The notes: generated by a model from the letters alone, not told the origin. Counted from the stretch's first letter, positions 1-8,571 are shown. The stretch: DNA of 18,918 bases from Myxococcota bacterium (GCA_040752415.1 JBFMGU010000205.1:1-18918); one strand, 5' to 3'. Translations and numbers: made by a program.

Positions 1-116
1 AGCACGCGATGAGAGGTGCCGGCCCTCCTGTCCACGAGGAGAACGCGCCGGCACTTTCGGACTGCGGCATGAAGTGCCGCTTTCGCTCGGACCGACGCGG
101 TGGATCAGCGAAACGC

Positions 117-698
117 TCACTTCCCGCCGGCGTCGGGGGTTGCGGCGGGCTCCGTCTTCTTCGGCGTCACCACGTGCTTCACGCGCTTGGCCACCACCAC
201 CGGCGCCTCCTGGTCGCTGCCGAAGAGCTCGCGCCATTGCTTGCGCATCTCGTCGTTGGCGCCGGGGATGGCCGAGAGGTTCAGCCGTGAGGCCACGCCC
301 AGCACCTCCACCACGCTGCCCGGCGGAAACTCCTTGGGACTGAAGGCATCCGCCACGCCCAGCACCATCACCGGCGGCTCCAGGAAGATCATCGCGTTGG
401 TCTGCACGCCCTCCACCGGCGGCTGACCCTGCGTCTCCACCTTCTTGTCCGCCACCACACCCTTCACGCGCACGAAGCGGGAATTCAGCTCCGGGAGACG
501 CTTGGCAAAGTCATCCGCCATGACGTCCTCCGCGTCCTGCTCCAGTCGGTCCACCGGCGTGCGCGCCAGCAGCTCCGTGGCCGTCATCAGCTCACCCGCC
601 AGGTTCTTGGCGAAGCGGAAGCCCCACCACATCATCCCGCCCAGCGTCAGCCCGCCCAAAAGCAGCATGACGCCACAGCCCACCAGCCACTTCTTCAC
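117..698 (-). CDS. Hypothetical membrane-anchored protein (~193 aa), possible OB-fold-like soluble domain
   Basis: The GTG at 698 overlaps the TGA of the upstream gene (GTGA). The N-terminus KKWLVGCGVMLLLGGLTLGGMMWWG is a signal/TM segment. The ORF-track extension to 947 overlaps the gamma-CA gene and was trimmed. The OB-fold idea rests only on the FVRVKGVV...VVEVLGV strand pattern. Confidence 0.75.
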   Translation of the reverse strand: MKKWLVGCGVMLLLGGLTLGGMMWWGFRFAKNLAGELMTATELLARTPVDRLEQDAEDVMADDFAKRLPELNSRFVRVKGVVADKKVETQGQPPVEGVQTNAMIFLEPPVMVLGVADAFSPKEFPPGSVVEVLGVASRLNLSAIPGANDEMRKQWRELFGSDQEAPVVVAKRVKHVVTPKKTEPAATPDAGGK

Positions 699-1228
699 GA
701 CGACACTCCCCGCGCCGGCAGCTGCGCCCGATAGCGCGCCGCGTAGTCCACGTAGGACCGCCAACCCACCTCGATCATCTGCCGGTCCTTGTCCGTGGCC
801 TGACGTACCACGCGCGCCGGGCTTCCCATCACCACGCTTCCCGGGGGCACCACCATCTTGGCGGTCACCAGCGCGCCGGCGCCCACCAGGCTCCCGCGGC
901 CAATCACCGCCGTGTCCAGGATGATGGAGCCCATGCCAATGAGGCACTCATCCTCGACGGTGCAGCCGTGCAGGATGGCGCGGTGCCCCACGGTGACCCG
1001 GTTCCCCACCACGGTGTGACTCCATCCCTCGGTCAGGTGCACCACCGCGCCGTCCTGGATGGAGGTCTCCGCGCCAATGGTGATGGTGCCCATGTCCGCG
1101 CGCAGCACCGCGGCGGGCCAGATGCTGCTGCGCGCCCCCACCACGGCCGCGCCAATGATGGTGGCATCCGGATGCACGAAGGCTTCCGGGTGGACCCGGG
1201 GGTGGAGCTCACCCAGGGAATGAATCAT
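695..1228 (-). CDS. Gamma-class carbonic anhydrase family protein (YrdA/CaiE/PaaY-like left-handed beta-helix), 177 aa
   Basis: MIHSLGELHPRVHPEAFVHPDATIIG start, hexapeptide repeats, IQDGAVVH and VGHRAILHGC metal-ligand His motifs, GSPARVVR and a C-terminal helix. Confidence 0.92.
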   Translation of the reverse strand: MIHSLGELHPRVHPEAFVHPDATIIGAAVVGARSSIWPAAVLRADMGTITIGAETSIQDGAVVHLTEGWSHTVVGNRVTVGHRAILHGCTVEDECLIGMGSIILDTAVIGRGSLVGAGALVTAKMVVPPGSVVMGSPARVVRQATDKDRQMIEVGWRSYVDYAARYRAQLPARGVSS

Positions 1229-1250
1229 GCGGGAACCAACCTGCTTTCGT

Positions 1251-3473
1251 TCAGGGATACTCGAGCGTGTCCAGCTCGGTGACGGCGCCGGTGGGAATGG
1301 TGATCTCCGCCACCTCCCAGAACACGTCCTCGGTGGTGAGCGTGCGCGTGAATTCTCCCGCCAGGGAGCTGCCAACGAAGATCTTCACCGTGCAGGGCAC
1401 CGCGCTGCTGCCGCCGTGGGTGGCAAAGTAGTGCACGCCCACCTTGTACGTGTTGGCGGCGGGATCCTCGAGGTTGATGTTCTCCGGGCCGTAGCCGTTG
1501 ACGTCGTCCACGTCGAGGACCGGGCTCTGCTCCAGGGTGCCCCAGTCCAGCCGCGGGTTGCCCTGGGAGTCGGGCCGACAGTTCCCGTAGTGGCAGTCAT
1601 TGGTGAGGCTGCCAAAGGTGCCGCTGCCCCGGATGAGGTGCAGGTCCATGTCCGACGAGGGATGCTCCCAGGTCAGCTGGAGGTGGATGCCCTGGCCGGG
1701 AATGGCCTGCAGGGTCATGGTGGCCTCCGCGCTCTCCTGGCCGCTGGAGTCGCGCACCACCAGGCCCACCACGTAGGTGCCCGCCACGTCCATGCCGTTG
1801 CGGGTCACGCCGCTGCTGTTGAACGCAAAACGCGTCTGCTGGTTGTTGGGCGTGAGCAGCACCACGGTGGATTCCGGGGGACGGCTGATGAGTCGCCAGG
1901 TGCGCGACGCCAGCGTGCGACCCGGCGGCGCCGCCGAGCGCACGGAGGTGAGCACCACGTTGTCCAGCGGCCGCATGGGCGGCACCGTGCCGGCCGGGAC
2001 CGGGACGCCCCCCACGCTCTCCACGTCGATGACCGCGGTGGGGTCGCCGGCGCCGGTGACGCGCGCGGTGGCGTGCAGGATCTGTCCCTCGCTGCTGACC
2101 ACCTGGAGCTGGCCCTCGTAGGGCTGCGCCAGCGGTGGGCTCATGATGACGCGCAGGGTGAACGCCGTGCCCACCGGGACCGGCTGGGGCAACGTCACCG
2201 GCTCAATGCTGAACCCCGGGTCCGACGAGGCCGCCATGCCCAGCGCGGCAATGTCGATGACGTGGTCGGCGGTGTTGACCACGCTGTACTCACACACCGC
2301 GGGCCGACCCACGCCCACCTGGCGGTCACACACCTCCGGCGTCAGCACCAGCCCCGGCGCCAGCCCGATGTTGGCGCGCAGCGGCACCGCCACCTCCGGG
2401 CGCACGTCGTCATTGGAGGGGATGACCAGGACCGCCTGCATGTCGCGTGGCTCATTGGGCGGGAGCACCGTGATGGTGATGACCAGCTCCTCGCCCGGAG
2501 CCAGGTCATGCACCAGGCCGCTCAGCAGGAAGCGGTTGTCATTCTCCCCGCCGGAGAGGTGCGGCTCCCCGAGGAGGAGCGGACCGGTGCCCAGGTTGCG
2601 CACGGTGATCTGCGCGCTGCGCGGGTCCGCGCCCGCCAGCAGACCGGTGAACTCGATCTGGCTGGGCGTGACCTCGATGCGCGGCAGGAACACCTCGGGC
2701 GGGGCCTCCGAGCCCTCGCCGGCGGGCGGGAGGGGCTCCAGGCAGCCCTCGAAGATCGCGTCGTCCGCGTCGTCGCAGTCCGCGTCGATGCAGTCCTTGC
2801 CTTCGCCGTAGCCGTCGTCGTCGAGGTCGGTGCACTCGTCACCCAGGCCCAGCGGGCGGCACTCGGTGGCCTCGGTGATCCAGTTGACGCGCTTGGGGGC
2901 CACCTGGACCTTGAAGCGCTTCACGTAGGGGCCCGCGCCGCGCACGCGCAGGTTGGCCTCCCCCGCAGCCACGTTGTGCAGCAGGAAGTGGCCGCTGTCG
3001 TCGGTGCGCACCTCCCGACGCTCCCCGTCAAACGCAATCAGCGTGACCTGCGCGTTCTTGACCCAGGTGCCCACGTGACGGTTGCAGATGTCGCCGGCCA
3101 CCGCGCCGCGGCCGGGGAGCTGGCGCGGGCCAATGCACAGCTCATCCATCACCACCACCGTGTCCTCACCACCCACGGTGACTGGCTCCAGCGTGCGCTC
3201 CGGACCGCCGCCGGTGAGCCGCACCTGGTAGCTGCCCGGCCGCACCAGCAGGTCCGCGCGACCCTCGCTGTTGCTCTGGCTGGCCACGTCCGTGCCGTCC
3301 TCCTCGGTGGTGCGCGCCTCCACGCCGGCGACCGGGTCGCCGCGGGTGTCGCAGGTGATGACCTGGATGGTGCCGGGAACGTCGCCCAGCGCGTCGCCGC
3401 CGGTACAGGTGCACCGGGAGGCCGCCAGGACGGTCAGCAGGAGCGGAAGGGCAAGTCGGTGGGGCGCAGGCAT
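1251..3473 (-). CDS. Exported multidomain protein, probable lipoprotein (740 aa): carboxypeptidase-regulatory-like beta domains, DxDxDG Cys/Asp metal-binding motif, two choice-of-anchor-D/Ig-like domains, PKD-like domain, C-terminal YfaP/DUF2135-like domain
   Basis: Signal peptide ending LAASRCTC; VRTDDSGHFLLHNVAAG; CTDLDDDGYGEGKDCIDADCDD; PRIEVTPSQIEF...ITVRNLGTGPL; AGTYVVGLVVRDSSG; LTWEHPSSDMDLHL...LDVDDVNGYGPENI...YKVGVHYF. Strong GC3 bias in this frame. Confidence 0.85.
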   Translation of the reverse strand: MPAPHRLALPLLLTVLAASRCTCTGGDALGDVPGTIQVITCDTRGDPVAGVEARTTEEDGTDVASQSNSEGRADLLVRPGSYQVRLTGGGPERTLEPVTVGGEDTVVVMDELCIGPRQLPGRGAVAGDICNRHVGTWVKNAQVTLIAFDGERREVRTDDSGHFLLHNVAAGEANLRVRGAGPYVKRFKVQVAPKRVNWITEATECRPLGLGDECTDLDDDGYGEGKDCIDADCDDADDAIFEGCLEPLPPAGEGSEAPPEVFLPRIEVTPSQIEFTGLLAGADPRSAQITVRNLGTGPLLLGEPHLSGGENDNRFLLSGLVHDLAPGEELVITITVLPPNEPRDMQAVLVIPSNDDVRPEVAVPLRANIGLAPGLVLTPEVCDRQVGVGRPAVCEYSVVNTADHVIDIAALGMAASSDPGFSIEPVTLPQPVPVGTAFTLRVIMSPPLAQPYEGQLQVVSSEGQILHATARVTGAGDPTAVIDVESVGGVPVPAGTVPPMRPLDNVVLTSVRSAAPPGRTLASRTWRLISRPPESTVVLLTPNNQQTRFAFNSSGVTRNGMDVAGTYVVGLVVRDSSGQESAEATMTLQAIPGQGIHLQLTWEHPSSDMDLHLIRGSGTFGSLTNDCHYGNCRPDSQGNPRLDWGTLEQSPVLDVDDVNGYGPENINLEDPAANTYKVGVHYFATHGGSSAVPCTVKIFVGSSLAGEFTRTLTTEDVFWEVAEITIPTGAVTELDTLEYP

Positions 3474-3682
3474 TGGCCGACCTCAAAGCAAAACCTGGGG
3501 CCGGCGTCTATCACCTTGTGGGGTGGGCCGGTATCCTGCCCGACGCTGATCGAGCCCGGCGACGAGGGTGGTGCCTTGGGCTTGGGCGCCAATGGGCGGT
3601 TGACCTCGAGCGGGAGCGAGGAGGAGAGCGCGCCAGACCACGCGGGCGCCTGCTGGAGCGTCGACGTGCGCTCCCGGCGATG

Positions 3683-5737
3683 TCAGGGAGCGAGTGAGAA
3701 CCCCAGCGCGGCGAGCTTGTGGAGGTCGGCGGTGGCGGCGAGCGCGTAGAGGGCCTCGCCGCGGGGACAGGCGCACGGCTCGGGCGCGCCAACGCAATTG
3801 GGCGGGGAGTCCCAGGCGCCGCCCATCTCCAGGCGATGGCCCCGCAGCGTGACGCCGTGGACGCTGCTCAACCACTGGCGCAGCACGTCACCCTGGCCCG
3901 TGGCGTCGACGGGGAGCTGGCCCCCGTTGGCCTCGAACCAGGTCTCCCACGGGTTGTTGCAGGTGCGCGGCAGCATCACCATCCACTGCGCGCTCTCCGC
4001 GCCGCACGCGCCCTCCTGGCGCAGGCCCAGGTTGCACACCTCCGTGCCGTTGGCGACGCAGTTCTTCCTCCGGATGCGGTCCACGTTCTGCAACTCCGTG
4101 GGGAAGAAGCAGAGCTGACGCACGCCGCACACCTGGCCCTGGCCGCATTCCTCGTCGGTGGTGCAGGGCACGGGCGCTTCCGACCAGATCTCGCAGCTTG
4201 CCACCACGCCGTTCTCCCAGGCCGCCGCCTGCGTGCTGACGGTGAGCGTCTCCGAGCAGGTCTCCGCCCGCACCAGCCCGGTGGTGTCGATGCACAGCGT
4301 GCACACCTCGCCCAGCGGGAGGCTGAGCTGGCCGCAGGAGAGCGCGGGGCTCTCACCCACGGTGTTGTCGCAGGCGCGCGAGATCTCCACCTGTCCCCGA
4401 CGACACACGCGGCACTCCGAGGCCGGCCGGTTGCGCTCCGGCTCGGTGGTGCAGACCACGGGGAGGGCGCTGGGGGTGGCGCAGCGCAGGTCGGCCTCGT
4501 CGACGGTGCCGCTCTGGTCCAGGTCCGCGCAGATGTCGCAGATGCCGCGCTCCAGCGTCTCCCGGACCGCGCACGCGGTGGGCGCGCAGTTCTCATCCTG
4601 GGAGCCGGGCAGGCAGCCCTCCGCGGCGCAGGAGCGGGACACCAGGCGCCCGTTCTCGTCCTCACAGACGTGGCAGCGCGGCCCACCCGACAGGTCCTGC
4701 AGCGTGAAGCAGCGCACGCCCACCGGCGGCCTCCGCTGACAGCTCCGCGACACCTCCACGCCCGTGTCCATGTCCTGGCACACCGTGCAGTCCGCGCCTT
4801 CCACGTCGACGAACGTGCTGCACAGCGGCTCCGCCACCGCCACCGGCGAGGCGCACGCGTACTGCGTCAGCTTGCCGTCGTCGGCCTGGCAGAAGCGGCA
4901 GGTGCGCGGGGCCACGTCCTCGTCAAGGGAGGTGAGGCGGACCACGCCGCAGCGCGCGGTGTCCGCGGTGGCCTCCAGCGGCTCGCACTGGATGCCGGTG
5001 GTGGCGCCGGAGGCGTCGCGGCAGCGTCGACACAGGCCCAGCGCGGGATCCACGAACGGCTCGCAGCGGTCGGTGCCGGCGGGGTCGCAGTCGCGACGGA
5101 CCACCTGGCCGGTCCCGTCGGTGCAGGCCTGGCAGGTCAGGCCATCCCGCGTGCGCAGCGACTCACAACGCAGTGGCGCGGTGGGCTGCGGCGTGCGGCA
5201 CCCGTCGGCGACCACCTGCAGCTCGTCGGAGACGCCGGCGTCGGCCAGCTGCGGCTCCAGCGCGCACACCCGGCACGCCTCTCCCGCGGCGTTGCTGCTC
5301 TCCGAGCACACCGCGCTCTGCACCAGGCCGCTGCGGGTGATGGCCACGCCGTCGGCGGTGGTGCACGTCTCGGTGAGCTGGTTGGTGAGCGGGTCCAGCA
5401 CCAGGTCCAGGCGCTCACAGCGCTCCGGGTTGGGGAGGCACCGCCCGCCCTCACTGCTGAGGCAGCCGCCCGCCGCCTCATTGCGCTTGGCCGTGACGGT
5501 GACCCGCGCGCAGGGGTCGGCCGGGGGCTCGGATGGAGCGGCGGTGCCGGTGCCGGGGAAGACCGGGCCGGTGGGGGTGGTGGGCGCGGCGGAGGCTTCC
5601 TCGTCGGCGGTGGCGCGCAGCGCGGGATCGGCGCAGGTGGAGCGCTCCGCGCCCGAGGCCAGGCTGGTGTCCGCGCAGCCCGCCCACGCCGCGAGCATCA
5701 GCGGCAGCACCACGGCGGGGAGGAGGAACGGGCGCAT
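3683..5737 (-). CDS. Cysteine-rich repeat lipoprotein, hypothetical (~684 aa)
   Basis: Long ORF with GC3 bias, signal peptide and lipobox-like AWAG|C, a Pro/Thr/Ala linker, nine CxxC-centred repeats and a distinct C-terminal domain. Start is ATG 5737 or GTG 5740, with AAGGA upstream. Confidence 0.8.
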   Translation of the reverse strand: MRPFLLPAVVLPLMLAAWAGCADTSLASGAERSTCADPALRATADEEASAAPTTPTGPVFPGTGTAAPSEPPADPCARVTVTAKRNEAAGGCLSSEGGRCLPNPERCERLDLVLDPLTNQLTETCTTADGVAITRSGLVQSAVCSESSNAAGEACRVCALEPQLADAGVSDELQVVADGCRTPQPTAPLRCESLRTRDGLTCQACTDGTGQVVRRDCDPAGTDRCEPFVDPALGLCRRCRDASGATTGIQCEPLEATADTARCGVVRLTSLDEDVAPRTCRFCQADDGKLTQYACASPVAVAEPLCSTFVDVEGADCTVCQDMDTGVEVSRSCQRRPPVGVRCFTLQDLSGGPRCHVCEDENGRLVSRSCAAEGCLPGSQDENCAPTACAVRETLERGICDICADLDQSGTVDEADLRCATPSALPVVCTTEPERNRPASECRVCRRGQVEISRACDNTVGESPALSCGQLSLPLGEVCTLCIDTTGLVRAETCSETLTVSTQAAAWENGVVASCEIWSEAPVPCTTDEECGQGQVCGVRQLCFFPTELQNVDRIRRKNCVANGTEVCNLGLRQEGACGAESAQWMVMLPRTCNNPWETWFEANGGQLPVDATGQGDVLRQWLSSVHGVTLRGHRLEMGGAWDSPPNCVGAPEPCACPRGEALYALAATADLHKLAALGFSLAP

Positions 5738-5998
5738 CACGCAGATCCTTCAGAGCACCGCGCGTGCCAGGGCCACCGGTGCGGGGCGCATGATGGGGCC
5801 ACAGGCCCACGCGGGCAACCGGGAGGCCGGGATGCCGACGAATTCCGCAATGGATACGCTGGCTTGGCGGGAGGAGGAAACGGCGGAAACGCGGGCGAAG
5901 GGCAGGCGGTGCGGGGCGTCACGGCGCGGAGGCCCGGCGACAGGTGATGCCCGCGGACAGCAGAGGGCGCGGAACTCTGAGGTGACGAAAGACACCAC

Positions 5999-6028
5999 TT
6001 GCCGGGGTGGGGGACGTGTGGTTACAAC
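5999..6028 (+). promoter_or_regulatory. Possible sigma70 promoter for tRNA-His
   Basis: TTGCCG-N18-TACAAC ending 15 nt before the tRNA; partial consensus match only. Confidence 0.3.
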
Positions 6029-6043
6029 GACCGCCCACCTCAT

Positions 6044-6120
6044 GGCGGGTGTAGCTCAGTCGGTAGAGCAGAGGACTGTGACTCCTCGTGTCGCGGGTTC
6101 AATTCCCGTCACTCGCCCCA
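6044..6120 (+). tRNA. tRNA-His (anticodon GUG)
   Basis: Full cloverleaf: acceptor GCGGGTG/CACTCGC, D arm GCTC/GAGC, anticodon arm GAGGA-CTGTGAC-TCCTC, T arm GCGGG-TTCAATT-CCCGT. G-1 (6044), discriminator C73 and CCA are all encoded. Confidence 0.97.
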
Positions 6121-6140
6121 ATCATCAGCACAGGCAGGAA

Positions 6141-6188
6141 CGCGAGGGGGCTCTCCGGAAAACGGAGGGCACCCCGCGCGCCTGTTTT
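6141..6188 (+). terminator. GC-rich hairpin after tRNA-His, possible intrinsic terminator or processing stem
   Basis: GGGG-GCTCTCCG-GAAAA-CGGAGGGC-A-CCCC with flanking CGCG pairs, followed by CCTGTTTT. Confidence 0.45.
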
Positions 6189-6216
6189 GACACCGGCAGC
6201 GCCGGGCTGGCAGGTT
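6187..6216 (+). promoter_or_regulatory. Possible sigma70 promoter for tRNA-Arg
   Basis: Perfect -35 TTGACA (6187-6192), 18-nt spacer, extended -10-like TGgCAGGTT, then a GC-rich stretch before the tRNA. Confidence 0.4.
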
Positions 6217-6232
6217 GCGCCGCCGCAGTGAT

Positions 6233-6306
6233 GCGCCCGTAGCTCAATTGGATAGAGCATCGGCCTTCGAAGCCGAGGGTTGGGGGTTCGATTCCCTCCG
6301 GGCGCG
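6233..6306 (+). tRNA. tRNA-Arg (anticodon UCG), CCA not encoded
   Basis: Acceptor GCGCCCG/CGGGCGC, D arm GCTC-AATTGGATA-GAGC, anticodon arm TCGGC-CTTCGAA-GCCGA, T arm GGGGG-TTCGATT-CCCTC. Discriminator G is followed by TTG. Confidence 0.96.
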
Positions 6307-6406
6307 TTGGGTTCTCCCTCGTCAGCGGCGCGCAACACGGCGCCTGGCTCCGGCGTCGGACCAGCGCTCGATTGTGCGCGTTGTCGCCGGCGTCTACAGC
6401 GTTGCT

Positions 6407-7600
6407 GTGAACAAGCGACTCGAAGTGCTGGTGGTGGGCGCCAGCGTGGCCGGCGCCGCGACGGCGCTCGCTCTTGCTCGGCGGGGCCACACCGTGCGGG
6501 TCTTTGAACGTCGCGGCGGCGAAACCGCACTCGGGGCCGGCGTGGTGCTCTGGCCCAACGCGTCCTTCGTGCTGTCCGAGCTGGGACTGTTGTCCGAAGT
6601 CCGCGCGGTCGCGCGCACGCCGCCGGCACTGCGCCGGTATGACGACGGCGGTTCGGCGCTGGGCGCCTGGGACATCACGCTGCTCGACGGGGCAATGGGG
6701 TTCCCGAGCCTGGCGGTCCTCCGCGCGGACCTGCAGCGGACGTTGTTTGCGGCGCTTCGTCGCGCGGGCGTCGTCGTGGAGCATGGGCGGACGGCTTCTC
6801 GCGTGGAGGCCTGCCCGGACGCGCCGGGGCGCGCCCGGGTCATCTGGGCTGATGGCTCGTTGGATGCCGCGGACCTCGTCGTCGGTGCCGATGGCCGGAT
6901 GGGCTCGGTGGCAGGTCGGTACGTGCGCGGTCAACACACGCCCGTGTACCAGGGGTTCGTCAACTGGGTGGGAACCGCGGAGACCCAAGACGAGCTGTTC
7001 AACGACGGCGCCGTGCACGACTACTGGGGCATTGGCCGTCGCTTTGGCATCGTCCCGGTGTCAGCGGGGCGAGTGTACTGGGCGGCGGGCCAAGCCATGG
7101 TCAGCCCGCCACCCGGCGAGCCGCGCGGCGAATTCCACGAAGAGCTACAGCGGCTAGTCGCGTCCTGGCCGCCGGCGGTTGCCGCGGCCCTGGCTGAGAG
7201 CCGGCCCGAGAACATCCGCAGGATTCCGCTCTACGACGTCGAACCGCAAAGACCCTGGCATCGCGGAGCGGTGCTTCTCGTCGGCGATGCGGCCCACGCA
7301 TCCCTGCCAACCTCCGGCCAGGGCGCGGCGCAGGCGCTGGAGGACGCCTGGCACCTCGCACGGCTCCTCGATGAGACGCGCGATGGTCTCGACGCCACGC
7401 TGACGACGTTTGCGGAGGTGCGCTTTGGCAAGACGCGGTGGATGACCCAGGCGGCGCGCCAACTTGCACGGTCATTGTTCAACGAGGACCCCCACGCGTG
7501 CGAGCAGCGCAACGCAGCGGCGCGGGCGGCGGACCACCGCAACACGGTGAAGACACTCGCCGCGAGCTGGGGGGAGGGGCTGCCACTGGCTGGCCGCTGA
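6407..7600 (+). CDS. FAD-dependent monooxygenase (UbiH/salicylate hydroxylase-like, group A), ~397 aa
   Basis: VLVVGASVAG Rossmann motif, DLVVGADG and LVGDAAHASLPTSGQGAAQALEDA fingerprints. Start trimmed to GTG 6407 because the longer ORF runs through tRNA-Arg. Confidence 0.92.
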   Translation: MNKRLEVLVVGASVAGAATALALARRGHTVRVFERRGGETALGAGVVLWPNASFVLSELGLLSEVRAVARTPPALRRYDDGGSALGAWDITLLDGAMGFPSLAVLRADLQRTLFAALRRAGVVVEHGRTASRVEACPDAPGRARVIWADGSLDAADLVVGADGRMGSVAGRYVRGQHTPVYQGFVNWVGTAETQDELFNDGAVHDYWGIGRRFGIVPVSAGRVYWAAGQAMVSPPPGEPRGEFHEELQRLVASWPPAVAAALAESRPENIRRIPLYDVEPQRPWHRGAVLLVGDAAHASLPTSGQGAAQALEDAWHLARLLDETRDGLDATLTTFAEVRFGKTRWMTQAARQLARSLFNEDPHACEQRNAAARAADHRNTVKTLAASWGEGLPLAGR

Positions 7601-7769
7601 GGAAGGTCACCGGCCCTCGTCAGGACGGCCCGGCGCCAACGCAGCCTCCAGCACCACAGTTCGAAAATCGTAGACCGGGCGCGCCATCCCTTCAGGTGCT
7701 TCATTTCCGCGATCACGCCGAACGCGCGGGAGCGGGCCCGTTCGACGAGCCCCTCTTCACCGGCACCGG

Positions 7770-7889
7770 TCACCTGAGATGCCTGCCGAAGAATTGGGAA
7801 ATCCTCTCAAAGGGAATCTTGTCCACGCGGTCGTACAAGTCGACGTGATCGGCGTTCTTGATGATCATGAGCTCCTTCGGCTGCGCCGC
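7770..7889 (-). pseudogene. 3' remnant of an alpha/beta hydrolase (YcjY/COG1073-like)
   Basis: Hand translation gives [39 protein letters not shown], the PKEL..HVDLYD..IPF C-terminus with the catalytic His. An in-frame TGA lies just upstream at 7908-7910. Not in the ORF track. Confidence 0.75.
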
Positions 7890-7969
7890 GGGTTTGGGGT
7901 GCTCCGCTCACAGTCGGCTCCTACGTCTTGTTGGTCGTGGTTCGACCTCGTCAGAGGTAAGCCGCCCGC

Positions 7970-8151
7970 CGCATCAGGGCTGGAATGATTCTCACGGCTT
8001 CGACGCGACAACCGCCGCGTTCCAGGTTGGCTACGAGAGCCCGTCGCAGTTCAGCCGCGAGTACGCCCGCCTGTTCGGTGCACCACCCAGACGCGACGTG
8101 GTCAGCCTGCGCAGCAAAGCCGCCACGTCCGGGCAGTCGGCAACGCGATGA
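7970..8151 (+). pseudogene. 3' remnant of an AraC-family regulator (YqhC-like)
   Basis: [36 protein letters not shown] is the second HTH of YqhC-type AraC proteins. The N-terminal domain and first HTH are absent. The 5' boundary is approximate. Confidence 0.85.
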
Positions 8152-8256
8152 TCGTGGGCGCGGAATCCAGAAGCACGGCAGCCGCGAAGAGCGTGGGCGC
8201 CGGCCAGGATTCAGCATCAGCACCACGCTGCCGCGAGCTCCAGCACCGCAGAGGCT

Positions 8257-8571
8257 TCAGTCGGAGTCCTCGACGGCGCGCCGGAGGGCGTCGAGCCGGG
8301 CATCCCACTGCCGCTCAAGGCTCTCGAGAAACCTGCGCGCCTCCCCAAGGCCTTGGGCTGCCAGGTGGACGTGAACCTCGCGCCCTTGCGGTCGCAGCAC
8401 CACGAGCGCGGCGTCGGCGAGGACCTGCAGGTGTTTGCGTGCGCCCTGCCGCGTGATGGGGAGACCTTCACACATCTCGGCAATGGTGCATCGCTGTCGC
8501 CGACTGAGGCGCTTCAGCATGCCCAGCCGCACCGGATCCCCGAGGGCGGCGAACACCTGAGCCGCGGCCAT
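8257..8571 (-). CDS. ArsR/SmtB family transcriptional regulator (104 aa)
   Basis: VFAALGDPVRLGML...ITRQGARKHLQVLADAALV...GREV...WDARLDALR; start coupled to the SRPBCC stop (TGATG). Confidence 0.92.
   Translation of the reverse strand: MAAAQVFAALGDPVRLGMLKRLSRRQRCTIAEMCEGLPITRQGARKHLQVLADAALVVLRPQGREVHVHLAAQGLGEARRFLESLERQWDARLDALRRAVEDSD

Noticed and set aside
15..116. Overlapping short inverted repeats (GTGCCGGC/GCCGGCAC, GGCACTT/AAGTGCC, TTTCGCT/AGCGAAA) downstream of the first gene
   Set aside because: Short, GC-rich, no U-tract and cut by the window edge; cannot be called a terminator or ncRNA.
4256..5311. Multiheme cytochrome c interpretation of the CxxC repeats
   Set aside because: No CxxC is followed by His.
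5754..5770. Possible sigma54 promoter (minus strand CTGGCACGCGGTGCTCT)
   Set aside because: The -24 element is good but the -12 position reads TC rather than GC, and it is too close to the start codon.
1227..6242. Long plus-strand ORFs (840, 742 and 492 aa)
   Set aside because: Antisense shadows of GC3-biased minus-strand genes with no recognisable motifs; one runs through tRNA-His.
6215..6406. N-terminal extension of the FAD monooxygenase ORF
   Set aside because: Overlaps tRNA-Arg; the Rossmann motif starts right after GTG 6407.
7231..7773. Minus-strand ORF starting at the hydrolase remnant's stop (GTGA overlap)
   Set aside because: Runs antisense into the monooxygenase and has no recognisable motif.
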